Below, piece after piece: positions 9,771 to 19,531 of a stretch of DNA of 64,000 bases (positions are counted from its first letter, which is position 1; every line of letters begins with the position of its first letter). The notes under the pieces are model-generated. The model saw only the letters and a list, made by a program, of their open reading frames with translations, had not been told where the DNA came from and searched no databases. Origin of the DNA: Alphaproteobacteria bacterium (GTDB lineage: Bacteria; Pseudomonadota; Alphaproteobacteria; Rs-D84); the NCBI GenBank assembly GCA_017471445.1, contig JAFUTJ010000008.1, positions 48,382 through 112,381 of the forward strand, given 5' to 3'. The position numbers and the translations under genes were made by a program.

Positions 9771-10808
9771 ATGTCAAATAACGCAAAACGTTTTGTTAAG
9801 AAATTAATCAGTTATTCCGGTGTGTTCTTTTTCGTGATTGCGGTGGGCATGCTGTATTGGCAAATGCGCAATTACAGTTTGATGGATGTTGCGCGTGCAT
9901 TAATAAATATTCCGATGGTAAATCTGGTGGCGGCATGCTGTGCGTGCTTGGCGGGGTATTTTGCATTATCATTGTATGATTTACTGGCCCTGAATTACGT
10001 TGGGGCGGGCGGACGTGTTACATGGTGGAAATGGATGTTGGCCGGCATGCTGGGCTTTGCCGTCAGCAATAATGCCGGACATGCCGTGGTCAGTGGCGGC
10101 GCAATACGATACCGGTTATATACACGTTGGCGAATAAGTGGCGGCGATATTGTCAAGATGCTGACCATATCTGGATTTACATACTTTTTGGGTTGCGCTG
10201 CAATTGTTATTATTGGATATTTCTTGGTACCACATAATGTATTTGAAAACTCATTGGGCGCATCATTTGGTCTGAACACATTGTTTATATTCTGCGCGGC
10301 GGCCATTTGCGCATACTTTGCAATGACGATTTTCTTTCACAGCAAGAGCATAAATATTGGCAAATTACGTTTTCAGGTTCCAACGACGCGAATGGCATTT
10401 CTGCAAATGGGATTGGGCATAACAGACAGTGTTCTGGCCGGATTGGTGCTGTATTTTTGTTTAAGACCATTTGTTGAAATTCCATTTGGCACATATATTG
10501 GCCTGTTCGTAATCGCCCAAACCACAGGCGTATTCAGCCAGGTTCCCGGCGGAATTGGTGTATTCGAAAGTATATTCTTGTTAGCACTGCCGGATACGAT
10601 TGATCGGGCCAGTGTGTTTGGTGCATTATTGGCATTCCGTATTATTTATTATGTGTTACCACTGATTGGCGTTGGCGGATTGTTCTTTGTATATGAACGT
10701 TGGTTGCGTGCGCGTATGCGGCAATGGGCCGCCGATGTTGCGGCACGCGCCGAACATGTGAAACAGAAATTACCACACATGAAACGCGAACACAACCCCC
10801 GGGGCTAG
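9771..10808 (+). CDS. UPF0104 / lysylphosphatidylglycerol-synthase-like transmembrane-domain protein (flippase-like)
   Basis: Polytopic membrane ORF with a PGGIGVFES motif typical of this family. Confidence 0.7.
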   Translation: MSNNAKRFVKKLISYSGVFFFVIAVGMLYWQMRNYSLMDVARALINIPMVNLVAACCACLAGYFALSLYDLLALNYVGAGGRVTWWKWMLAGMLGFAVSNNAGHAVVSGGAIRYRLYTRWRISGGDIVKMLTISGFTYFLGCAAIVIIGYFLVPHNVFENSLGASFGLNTLFIFCAAAICAYFAMTIFFHSKSINIGKLRFQVPTTRMAFLQMGLGITDSVLAGLVLYFCLRPFVEIPFGTYIGLFVIAQTTGVFSQVPGGIGVFESIFLLALPDTIDRASVFGALLAFRIIYYVLPLIGVGGLFFVYERWLRARMRQWAADVAARAEHVKQKLPHMKREHNPRG

Positions 10809-11146
10809 GTGTGTTTTGGTCTGTTATTTTCGCCCCACGTGCACAGGTCAAATAATATCTTGATAATTGAACGTCCCTTGTCAGACAAACTATATTCAAC
10901 CTTTGGTGGCATTTGTGGATATACTTTGCGGATTATTAAGCCATCGGCCTCTAATTCTTTTAATGTTGAACTTAACATCTTGAAAGAGATTGTCCCGATT
11001 AAACGATGTAATGCGTTATGTCGCAATACGCCGTATTCGCCCAGCCAATATAAAATTATCATTTTATATTTTCCGCCAATTATCGATATTGTGTATCCAA
11101 ATCCTGTGTCTTCCAATTTGGTGTTCGCATTGATGCATTGCTTCAT
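10805..11146 (-). CDS. HxlR-family winged-helix transcriptional regulator
   Basis: 113-aa ORF. IIGGKYKMIILYWL...LKELEADGLIIRKVYPQMPPKVEYSLSDKG is a canonical HxlR signature. Confidence 0.9.
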   Translation of the reverse strand: MKQCINANTKLEDTGFGYTISIIGGKYKMIILYWLGEYGVLRHNALHRLIGTISFKMLSSTLKELEADGLIIRKVYPQMPPKVEYSLSDKGRSIIKILFDLCTWGENNRPKHT

Positions 11147-11254
11147 TTTACACTTTCCCTGTGGTTAGTATTAAACAAATTTGTAAGTATTACATTATCA
11201 GAATATATATGCTACATTTACACATGTTAACACATTTTTAAAGGAGAAAAAATC

Positions 11255-11620
11255 ATGGAAAGAACAAAAATATCAGATTACAATGAAATCATCGAAACTG
11301 TTGAAAAGTATGTTAAAGGTTGCAAATCCGGTAAAAGCGCAGATATGAAACCCGCATTCACAGAAAATGCATTGATGTATGGATACTTGAACGGAACATA
11401 TTACAATGGTTCTATTGATGCGTTGTATGGTGCGGTTGATTCATTCGGTGCGGCAAACGATGCAAATGCACATATTGATGTTTTAAGTGTCGAAGGAACC
11501 GCGGCGGTGGTTCGTGTGACACTGGAAAACTGGCATGGTTTAACATTTACAGATTTTCACAGTTTGATTAAACAAGACGGTCAATGGAAAATCTTGGCCA
11601 AAGTATTTCATCAATATTGA
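11255..11620 (+). CDS. NTF2-like (putative lumazine-binding / SnoaL-like) protein
   Basis: 121-aa ORF with a good RBS (AAAGGAG). Its size and pattern (YVKGCKSG..., ...GQWKILAKVFH) are typical of the NTF2-fold family. Divergent from the HxlR gene. Confidence 0.65.
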   Translation: MERTKISDYNEIIETVEKYVKGCKSGKSADMKPAFTENALMYGYLNGTYYNGSIDALYGAVDSFGAANDANAHIDVLSVEGTAAVVRVTLENWHGLTFTDFHSLIKQDGQWKILAKVFHQY

Positions 11621-11642
11621 TACCATGTGGGGGACTAATAAA

Positions 11643-12209
11643 ATGAAAAAGAATCTAGGCAACGATTTAATTATGACACCAATGCCGGTGTTGATTATTG
11701 GAACGTACGATGAAAACGGTGTTCCAAATGCAATGAATGCGGCGTGGGGCACGCAGTGTGATATGGATTCAATCACAATCTTTTTGTCTAAACACAAAAC
11801 TACAGATAACTTGCAAATTAAACGTGCATTTACTGTGGCCTTTGCAACCAAAGACACATTAAAAGAATCTGATTACTTTGGTGTGGAAACCGGTCGCAAT
11901 ATAAACAAGATTGAACGTGCCGGATTCCATGCGGTCAAGTCCCAACATGTGGATGCCCCAGTTATAACCGAATACCCGGTCACATTGGAATGCGAAATGG
12001 TTGAATTGGCCGATGACGGCGGCGAACATCGCCTGATTGGGCGGGTCGTAAATGTAATTGCCGACGAATCTGTTTTAACCGAAAACGGTAAAATAGATTT
12101 AGGTAAAATGGGGGCAATTTCTTATGATTCTGCATTACATGCATACCGTGTTATCGGCGATGTCGTGGGAACGGCATTTCACGATGGCCTGGTCATAAAA
12201 AACAACTAA
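11643..12209 (+). CDS. flavin reductase-like (FMN-binding split-barrel) protein
   Basis: MPVLIIGTYDENGVPNAMNAAWG is typical of flavin reductase family proteins. The start may instead be at 11625. Confidence 0.8.
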   Translation: MKKNLGNDLIMTPMPVLIIGTYDENGVPNAMNAAWGTQCDMDSITIFLSKHKTTDNLQIKRAFTVAFATKDTLKESDYFGVETGRNINKIERAGFHAVKSQHVDAPVITEYPVTLECEMVELADDGGEHRLIGRVVNVIADESVLTENGKIDLGKMGAISYDSALHAYRVIGDVVGTAFHDGLVIKNN

Positions 12210-12219
12210 AAAAAATAAT

Positions 12220-12254
12220 AAATGTTTGGTATAAAAACCAAACATTTATTTTTA
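12220..12254 (+). terminator. rho-independent terminator
   Basis: aaatgtttggt-ataaaa-accaaacattt hairpin followed by ATTTTTAA. Confidence 0.75.
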
Positions 12255-12523
12255 ATTCAGATGTTAAAAACAATCCGTATTAATTGGTGAAAATGTATTT
12301 AATTATTGAACAATATTAAAAATGATTCATATCAATTTCATGGCTATAATAGACGCCGATGATTTAGAACAAATAAACACATTAAATGATATTGTGATAA
12401 AAAGTCGTGGCAAAGTTTTTATTCCACAAAAAAACATAGAAAGAGATAAAAAAAGTTCGTAAATGTGCAAAACGGTGGTGTTTTTTACCACATAACTCAC
12501 GAACTCGTGAAATGCCTGAAAAT

Positions 12524-12554
12524 CCAACAAAAAACACCGCGCAACGCGGTGTTT
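12524..12554 (-). terminator. terminator downstream of tRNA-Glu
   Basis: aaacaccgcg-caa-cgcggtgttt hairpin with a T-run on the minus strand. Confidence 0.7.
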
Positions 12555-12562
12555 TTGATTTT

Positions 12563-12638
12563 TGGCAGCCCCAACCAGATTCGAACTGGTGTTCTCGCCT
12601 TGAAAGGGCGGTGTCCTGGGCCTCTAGACGATGGGGCC
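12563..12638 (-). tRNA. tRNA-Glu (anticodon UUC)
   Basis: The reverse complement GGCCCCATCGTCTAGAGGCCCAGGACACCGCCCTTTCAAGGCG...TTCGAATCTGGTTGGGGCTGCCA closely parallels the bacterial tRNA-Glu layout. Anticodon loop CTTTCAA. Confidence 0.9.
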
Positions 12639-12715
12639 AAAACCATCAAAACTGCCTTAAAATGCCGACGAATTATATTTTACAACATTCACAATGTCAA
12701 GAAAATATTACCCGA

Positions 12716-13651
12716 TTAACGCGTATGTCGAAAAAGGCTAAAAACACCGCGTGAACGTAATTGTGCGTTTTCTGTGGTTAATTCGCGCACTTGACGTTCC
12801 AATTCTGCAATTCGCGCATCCGCGTTACTGTCAAATACACGTTCTAACAATGCGTTATCCGCGGCAATTTTGTTCGCACGGGCCGTTGCGGCATTTAATT
12901 GCATGCGTAATTCTGCGTTTTCACGGGTTAAATCATAAATATCATTCATTACACGTAATGTTGCATTTTCATTTTGTGTGTGCTTGGCACGCCGTGTTGC
13001 AATACGTACACCATTTTTATGATATTCTTGGGCATCCTTTAATTTTACGATATTGGCGGCCAAACTGCGAATATTTATATAAATATCACCGACATGCATT
13101 TTATTTGCAATTTTACCGGCATCGACCGGTGTTACCGCCCCGTTTAATAATTCCAGATTTGACCCCATTGTTGTTTTTACCGCATCCAAGAATGCCTTGA
13201 TTTCATTCAATTTACCACGACTTTCACGTGTGGCCCGGGCACTGCGAATAAATTGCCCATATTCATAATTTAATTTATCAAATGCCAATATTGTGGCAAA
13301 TGCAAAATCATATCGCATCGCCCCTAATTTGGCCTTGGTTTCATTAAAGAACATTTCATATTCGTCCATTAATGATTTCAGTTTGTTTCCATACGATGCA
13401 TGCGACCGTATCAGTGCCAGACCTGTTATCAATTTGTTTAATTGCACCAATAAACTGATTGAATTGTAATTATTTAATATACGGTTTAATGCGCGTCGTT
13501 CTGTACGATCGGAAATATATGGAATAATTACTTCTTGTAAACTGACAATTGTTTTATTATAAACCGCGACCAAGTTATCCAATTCATACACACTGAACGC
13601 CCGGTCAGATTCACCATTACCAGAAAACCGAACCTTAAAATCCAAATCCAT
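12716..13651 (-). CDS. hypothetical protein with C-terminal coiled coil
   Basis: Long ORF. The likely start is MDLDFKV at 13651. No family motif recognised. Confidence 0.6.
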   Translation of the reverse strand: MDLDFKVRFSGNGESDRAFSVYELDNLVAVYNKTIVSLQEVIIPYISDRTERRALNRILNNYNSISLLVQLNKLITGLALIRSHASYGNKLKSLMDEYEMFFNETKAKLGAMRYDFAFATILAFDKLNYEYGQFIRSARATRESRGKLNEIKAFLDAVKTTMGSNLELLNGAVTPVDAGKIANKMHVGDIYINIRSLAANIVKLKDAQEYHKNGVRIATRRAKHTQNENATLRVMNDIYDLTRENAELRMQLNAATARANKIAADNALLERVFDSNADARIAELERQVRELTTENAQLRSRGVFSLFRHTR

Positions 13652-13714
13652 GATACATAACCTTTTATTACAACACAGAATAATACACAAAATATTTGTT
13701 TTGTCAACAATATC

Positions 13715-13741
13715 AAAATAAAAAAATACCGCCGTGGCGGT
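13715..13741 (-). terminator. terminator downstream of tRNA-Asp
   Basis: taccgc-cgtg-gcggta hairpin followed by a long T-run on the minus strand. Confidence 0.65.
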
Positions 13742-13750
13742 AAAAATTCG

Positions 13751-13827
13751 TGGCGGGATTGAAGGGGCTCGAACCCTCGACCTTCTGCGTGACAGGCAGA
13801 CGCTCTAACCAGCTGAGCTACAACCCC
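13751..13827 (-). tRNA. tRNA-Asp (anticodon GUC)
   Basis: The reverse complement GGGGTTGTAGCTCAGCTGGTTAGAGCGTCTGCCTGTCACGCAGAAGGTCGAGGGTTCGAGCCCCTTCAATCCCGCCA folds as a cloverleaf with anticodon loop CTGTCAC. Confidence 0.9.
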
Positions 13828-13959
13828 GTAAAGCGTTTTTTATATTATAATGTATAAAACACAAAATCAAGTATTTTTTTGGGAATGCAGCAAAAAATTT
13901 ACGCGCCGTGTGGCGCGCACAAAAATGTATAAAAAACGCATAATTTGCGGCACGGGCTT

Positions 13960-14382
13960 TTATTTTTGCCGCTGCATTTGTTCACTGAACGCCTCTAGTT
14001 GTTCCATTGCGCGCATCCGTTGGTATGCCGCGGCGGCCTGTTGTTCGGCAATTTTTGGTTCTATGATATTAAAAATCTTATGCCAAACTGGACTGTTCTG
14101 CTTTATAAAAAATTGTTCTTTGCCAAAATACACCACGTAATTACCAACCACGGTAAAGCAAACCTTGATATCATGTGGCATATGGTCTGATTTGATTATA
14201 TACTGATTCGTGCCATACCAATTTTCATATTTAACATCATGCGGTATATTTTTTAATTTTTCCATAATAACACCAACCAGATTCTCTAAATCTTGGTCGG
14301 TTACGGCTGGCGCGAGCGCATTCGGCGCCGAATTTTCTATCGACACCGATTTACAACCAAATATTTTGCGCAATGCGTTCAT
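13960..14382 (-). CDS. hypothetical protein (140 aa)
   Basis: ORF starting one nucleotide after the fabI stop, so operon-like. No family recognised. Confidence 0.55.
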   Translation of the reverse strand: MNALRKIFGCKSVSIENSAPNALAPAVTDQDLENLVGVIMEKLKNIPHDVKYENWYGTNQYIIKSDHMPHDIKVCFTVVGNYVVYFGKEQFFIKQNSPVWHKIFNIIEPKIAEQQAAAAYQRMRAMEQLEAFSEQMQRQK

Positions 14383-15201
14383 TTATTGTTCCCCTTCGTC
14401 CAGGCCACGCAATAAAACCTCTTTCAATTCATTTGGCATCATACCCGTTGTGGAATAACCACAGTCAACATGGTGCACTTCGCCCGTTACCGCCGACGAC
14501 AGGTTACTAAACAAATACAGTGCGGCCCCCGATACATCGTCCAATGTCATATTCCGACGCAGTGGCGTTTGTTCGGCATTCAACCGCAACAGTGACTTCA
14601 TGCCCCCTACCCCGCTGGATGCCAATGTCATAATTGGCCCAGCAGAAATCGCGTTCACGCGAATTTTATCGCGCCCCAAATCCGATGCCAGATAACGCAC
14701 CGAACTGTCCAGTGCAGACTTTGCCACACCCATAACATTATAATTCGGTACTGACTTTTCCCCGCCATAGTATGTCAGGGCAACAATTGAACCACCATCG
14801 TGCATCAATGGCGCGGCGCGGCGTGTTAAATCGACCAAAGAATAAACCGATATATCCATCGTATTCTTGAAATTTTCACGCGTTGTGTCGGCATATCGGC
14901 CGGTTAATTCGTTTTTGTCCGAAAACGCAATCGCATGCAGTACGCCATCCAAATGTCCCCATTCGCGTTCAATGGCACCAAACAGCGCATCCATCTGCGC
15001 ATCGTTTTGCACATTGCATTCGGTGACAAACTTTGCACCAATTTTTTCCGCCAACGGACGTACACGCTTTTCCAGGTTTGGCATTGCATACGGCATTGCA
15101 ATTTCTGCCCCGTTTTCGGCACACCGCTGGGCAATTGCCCACGCCATAGACCAATCGTTCGCAACACCGGTAATTAAAATCTTTTTCCCTTGTAATAACA
15201 T
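14383..15201 (-). CDS. fabI: enoyl-[acyl-carrier-protein] reductase (NADH), FabI
   Basis: 272 aa. MLLQGKKILITGVANDWSMAW (Rossmann fold), then YYGGEKSVPNYNVMGVAKSALD, which holds the Y-x6-K catalytic arrangement typical of FabI. Confidence 0.93.
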   Translation of the reverse strand: MLLQGKKILITGVANDWSMAWAIAQRCAENGAEIAMPYAMPNLEKRVRPLAEKIGAKFVTECNVQNDAQMDALFGAIEREWGHLDGVLHAIAFSDKNELTGRYADTTRENFKNTMDISVYSLVDLTRRAAPLMHDGGSIVALTYYGGEKSVPNYNVMGVAKSALDSSVRYLASDLGRDKIRVNAISAGPIMTLASSGVGGMKSLLRLNAEQTPLRRNMTLDDVSGAALYLFSNLSSAVTGEVHHVDCGYSTTGMMPNELKEVLLRGLDEGEQ

Positions 15202-15326
15202 TTATGAATCCTTTTTATGTTTTGTATACAAATCACTATACCCCAGAAAAACAATGGATTCAATAAATAAAAATTGGTTTACAGTCCGCACATTACATGT
15301 TATAAAATCCTTAAAAGGATTACAAT

Positions 15327-15803
15327 ATGACCAAAACAAACAAGCCAGACCAGAAAATCGACAAAATTATGTTATGCGCCATTCTGTGTGTGACCATTCT
15401 GATATTCGTTGCCGGCGCGACACAAAACAGTTCGTACGATGGTAAATTACAAAAACTGGCCCCGGAAATGGGTTCCGACGCACGCAACGCGGTACTGAAC
15501 ATGGGCGATTCAATCCTGAATGCACGCATTAAACAATATAACGCAATGCTGGGCGACTATAACATGGCAAAATCAGAATTACGTACCACGGCCGGCCTGT
15601 TAGGATATAAAACGGCCGATTTTGACATGAACTATGTTTACCCAGAATTTGCAGAAAAGATTGGTGCAACAAACCTGAAAGAATATAAAAAATATTTGCA
15701 CGCATACGAACACGACAGTTTAGAAACCCGCATGCGCGAAATATACACCAAAAACATCCGCCCACAAATAATCCGCGATAATGTAAACAATCGTGGCAAA
15801 TAG
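15327..15803 (+). CDS. hypothetical membrane-anchored protein (158 aa)
   Basis: ORF with one N-terminal hydrophobic helix. No family recognised. Confidence 0.5.
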   Translation: MTKTNKPDQKIDKIMLCAILCVTILIFVAGATQNSSYDGKLQKLAPEMGSDARNAVLNMGDSILNARIKQYNAMLGDYNMAKSELRTTAGLLGYKTADFDMNYVYPEFAEKIGATNLKEYKKYLHAYEHDSLETRMREIYTKNIRPQIIRDNVNNRGK

Positions 15804-16642
15804 ACGCTAACAAACGAAAATCAAAAAAATGCGTGCGTGGTGTTATGCGATTTGCAATATGGCCAAATATGTAAATTTGCTTAACACAACGACTAATCGA
15901 TTAATTCGTATGTCTTTTGATTTTTTATACATTGACACATTTCCCCCGTATAATCGCGGGTAAATTCACAATGCTTAAGTGTAAATAATGTATCTTTCTG
16001 AAATAACAAAAGACAAAAACCTGAATTACAGGGTTTATATGTTATTTGTTTTAGTCATTTTTGTTTTCTAAATTGAAAATGACTTAATAATTGTTGATTT
16101 GCGTTTTTTCTTGTTGCTGTGCATCTTGCTTTGTACAATTTGCACACAAATCTTCACGTATTATACCAGATTCAAAGTTATGAATACATCTGATGGCGTT
16201 GTTTTCCGTGCATTCAATACGTTCTTTCTCAGCAAAATCTGAAACAACCACTGTTTGCAGGTTCTAATAAATCGGCGGCAGCCGCATAGCAAAAACAACA
16301 CGGCAAATGCACTGTCAAATACCCGGGCCGCACGTGATTTTCCAACACATGCATAAGGCGCGTCATCAAAACATATTGTTTCATCGGTTCAGTCGTGGTT
16401 GCTCTGCGCACCGGAAAAAGACGCGGCAATATTTTGTATACGATTTTTTACCGCCCCACCCCACAACACCCATAACAAATAACCCAAATGTTATACACGT
16501 GTTACATATTTGCAGTTATACATTTGTTATATACGTGAAAAACAAGAAAAAACCATGAAATGTAAAATTTATTTTTCAACAAAATCCCAAAAGCGGAACA
16601 TTTGAACCGCATTGTCTTTTTTCTTGCTTGTTGCAATATATC

Positions 16643-16671
16643 TTGATTTTTTACCTGTTTTATGATATAAT
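16643..16671 (+). promoter_or_regulatory. sigma70-like promoter with extended -10 upstream of the toxin gene
   Basis: TTGATT (16643-16648), a 17-nt spacer ending in TGa, then TATAAT (16666-16671). Confidence 0.5.
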
Positions 16672-16795
16672 ATCTCTCAATTAGAGGCGCGTTATCGCGC
16701 TATTTTTTATTGTTATCGCCCGCATAATAGCCATAAAATTTTATAATTTTCGGCTCCAGATGTGTGGGCTTTTTTATTTAACAAAGGAGTTTTAT

Positions 16796-17854
16796 ATGGA
16801 TACAAATTGGAACGGTGCATATTGGGACGAAAACGGGGTTTTACATATTGATGTTTATGCAAATCCACCGAAAATCAAACCAGAAATAACAACTGATGAA
16901 ATTGATGAAGATTGGGAAGATGATTTTGATGAAGAATATGATGAAGATGAAGTAGAACACACTTATGCTACCATAGATTGCGGTGGTGATTGCGGTGGCT
17001 GTGTGGCTTTGATTGTTGACGACGAAGTCGTGTCTGGGCCACCGTTTCACCCCAACTGTCGTTGTGTGTTAAGTATGGAAGATATAGAAAATGCACACTA
17101 TAACGATTCTCATTTGCATCAAGATGTTGCAAGCGATAGAAGTGTGGATACTCGCGATATCAAATGGTTAAAAAGGGCTTTGGTCAAACTTGGCTACTAT
17201 ACCCCTGATTCCAGAGCGGGCGAATCCGATAAAAAATTAAACCAATACCCAAATCAAAAATTATTTGACGCAATAGAAAATTTTAGAATAGAAAATAAAA
17301 TTAAAGAAAATGGTGCTGTAAAACCCGGTCATTGGACAGAAGTAAAAATAAATGAAAAATTAAAACAACAACAAGAACCTTATAGATATAAAGGCAATAC
17401 TTTTGATGCGAAAATAGATGTAAAAGATGGTCAATACGCTGTATTTGATGGGCAAAAATTAACCGTTTATGATGGTGATAATACAATTTTATTTTGGAAT
17501 GCTGTATCTGGGAAAGACGGATTCCAAACACCAGAATATCAAGATCAAAAAAACAAAGGTCCTATTCCAAAAGGCACATACGTTGCCCGACAAAGTGAAT
17601 TACAACATCGTTCTGATTATAATATTATAAAACGATACACATCTTGGCCAGGCGGCGAATCTAGTTGGGGTAATTCGCGAGTATGGTTAGAACCTTCCAA
17701 AGAAACAAATACTTTTGGAAGAGATGGTTTTTCTATTCATGGCGGCACGACACCTGGCTCTGCTGGGTGCATAGATTTAACATCTGGTATGGACGGTTTT
17801 GCCGATTGGTTCAAAAATAATGGACATGATTTAATTATCAATGTAGAATATTAA
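16796..17854 (+). CDS. polymorphic-toxin-like protein: MuF-type C-x2-C...PPFHPNCRC motif + peptidoglycan-binding-like repeat + C-terminal Tlde1/DUF2778 (L,D-transpeptidase-fold) toxin domain
   Basis: RBS AAGGAG before the ATG at 16796. Acidic N-terminus, then DCGGDCGGC...SGPPFHPNCRCV (phage MuF/SPP1 gp7 signature). IKWLKRALVKLGYYTPD is PG_binding_1-like. KNKGPIPKGTY...GRDGFSIHGGTTPGSAGCIDL matches the DUF2778/Tlde1 pattern. Confidence 0.7.
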   Translation: MDTNWNGAYWDENGVLHIDVYANPPKIKPEITTDEIDEDWEDDFDEEYDEDEVEHTYATIDCGGDCGGCVALIVDDEVVSGPPFHPNCRCVLSMEDIENAHYNDSHLHQDVASDRSVDTRDIKWLKRALVKLGYYTPDSRAGESDKKLNQYPNQKLFDAIENFRIENKIKENGAVKPGHWTEVKINEKLKQQQEPYRYKGNTFDAKIDVKDGQYAVFDGQKLTVYDGDNTILFWNAVSGKDGFQTPEYQDQKNKGPIPKGTYVARQSELQHRSDYNIIKRYTSWPGGESSWGNSRVWLEPSKETNTFGRDGFSIHGGTTPGSAGCIDLTSGMDGFADWFKNNGHDLIINVEY

Positions 17855-17856
17855 AC

Positions 17857-18198
17857 ATGAGACAAAAAATGTATCTTTTTATGTATATAATTGCCGGATT
17901 TTTATTCGGCACTTTATATACTTTTCTGTGTGATTTAGCTTACTTTAATAGAATAGCAAAATATGAAAGCATTTGGGCAAACATATATCCCCACATGAAC
18001 GGAAATCAACAACAGGTTTGGATGGCAAATAATGATATTTTTTGCATATTTATAATTCTAGGATTTTTAATGTGGATTGGTTATGTTCTTGTACCAATTT
18101 ATAGAAAAAAAGTATTTTTTATTCCATTATTGGGCGTGCCAATATTTTTTATAATACAATTTATGTTGTGTTCGGTTTTAAGAATAATTTGCTTGTAG
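17857..18198 (+). CDS. small 3-TM membrane protein (candidate immunity protein for the upstream toxin)
   Basis: 113-aa ORF starting 2 nt after the toxin stop, with three hydrophobic segments. The function is inferred only from position. Confidence 0.5.
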   Translation: MRQKMYLFMYIIAGFLFGTLYTFLCDLAYFNRIAKYESIWANIYPHMNGNQQQVWMANNDIFCIFIILGFLMWIGYVLVPIYRKKVFFIPLLGVPIFFIIQFMLCSVLRIICL

Positions 18199-18270
18199 CA
18201 TAGCAGTCCTATTATTTCCATAACGAAGTTATACGGATATGACATATTTGCTGATTTAACCAATATGAAT

Positions 18271-19300
18271 CTATAAAACTTCCCAATGACCGCCACAATC
18301 TGGACCGACACGACGGATTTTTCCGGACTCTTTCAATTTATTCAGGTTCCATTTAACCCCGTCAGTGGTAAGCCCTGTTACACTTGCCAAGTCATCGCGG
18401 GTGGCATTTGGTTTCTTTGCCAAAATATCCAAAATTTTCTGGGTAGTTTTCTGGGTAGTTTTTGTACCGGTTTTCTTCACTTGCATTTCGCGATTATCCA
18501 GACGATTATTCTCGCCCAGCAATAAATTACCAAAGAACTTATTCAAATATTCCATCGTATATGGGATGTTTTTATCCAGGTTCTGATAGTTCGCCCGAAC
18601 CAGCGCATTTCTGAAATATTTCGCGTGTTTTTCAAACATATCGTTATTGGTATGCAGTCCCAATGTTTCCAGATATTTAATTATAAATACACCCGTAGCG
18701 CGAGTATTGCCCTCCGCAAAGGGATGTATCTGCCATATCCCAGACATAAACTTTTCAATATGTTCTATGGCGTTGACGTTTGGTTAAATTTTTATAATCA
18801 AACTTTTTCTCTTGCTCAAAATCATATTCCAACGTTTCAGCAATACTATCAGCACGACCATAGATAATGGTGTCACCGTTCAAGATATATTCTTTCTTGG
18901 TAATGTTATATGTGCGGAATTTACCCGCAATTTTTTTATCTAAAATACCGTCAAACAGTGCCCCATGAATTGATTTATATTCCGCTGGACTAAATTTAAA
19001 TGTCTTTTCACTTAATAATTTGGCAATACGCGCAGATACCTTATCTGCCTCTTGTTCATCTTGTTCTTTTTGGGTGGATGCAACATTTTCATGATAATAG
19101 CGATTTATTTCGCGTTCCGCATCATAGACCGAGATTTTCCCTTCTATGTTTTCTTTGGCAATATTTATCAGATATTTAGATGGCGTTAGATTATCAACCA
19201 TCTGCAGACCAATGGCCACACCCCAATTTTCTGCGCGGATACGTTTATCTGGTTCACCTTGTTTTTTATATTCGCTAAAATACTGTTTTTGCCCTGCCAT
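18271..19300 (-). pseudogene. Fic-family protein (AMPylase type) with C-terminal wHTH, split by a frameshift
   Basis: Two adjacent ORFs in different frames (18755-19300 is the N-terminal part; 18271-18747 carries HPFAEGNTRA). The frame-shifted reading ...AIEHIEKFMSGIWQIHPF bridges them. Confidence 0.8.
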
Positions 19301-19531
19301 TTCTTTGTTTTATCGTAATCAAAAATTCGCCTTTTTTCAACCAAGAAATTAAAGCGTCCAAATCACACGCCCATCCGCCCACGCCAGTTTTTACCATACT
19401 TTTTCGCCATTATTTTCTTCCGTTGTTTGATTGATTTTGCTTTTGTCATATTTACCTCTTTGTTAAGCAAATACAACCATAACAACCGGAAACATCCAGT
19501 ATAAATAAAAGGAACATAAAAAGGTGCTTAT

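Noticed and set aside
14867-15445. 192-aa plus-strand ORF overlapping fabI
   Set aside because: It is antisense to a clear FabI coding sequence and has no RBS or motif.
16229-16429. 66-aa minus-strand ORF, and an adjacent frame reading ...CTENNAIRCIHNFESGIIREDLCANCTKQD
   Set aside because: I recognise no family, there is no RBS, and the pieces lie in different frames. It is possibly a gene relic, but I cannot support calling it.
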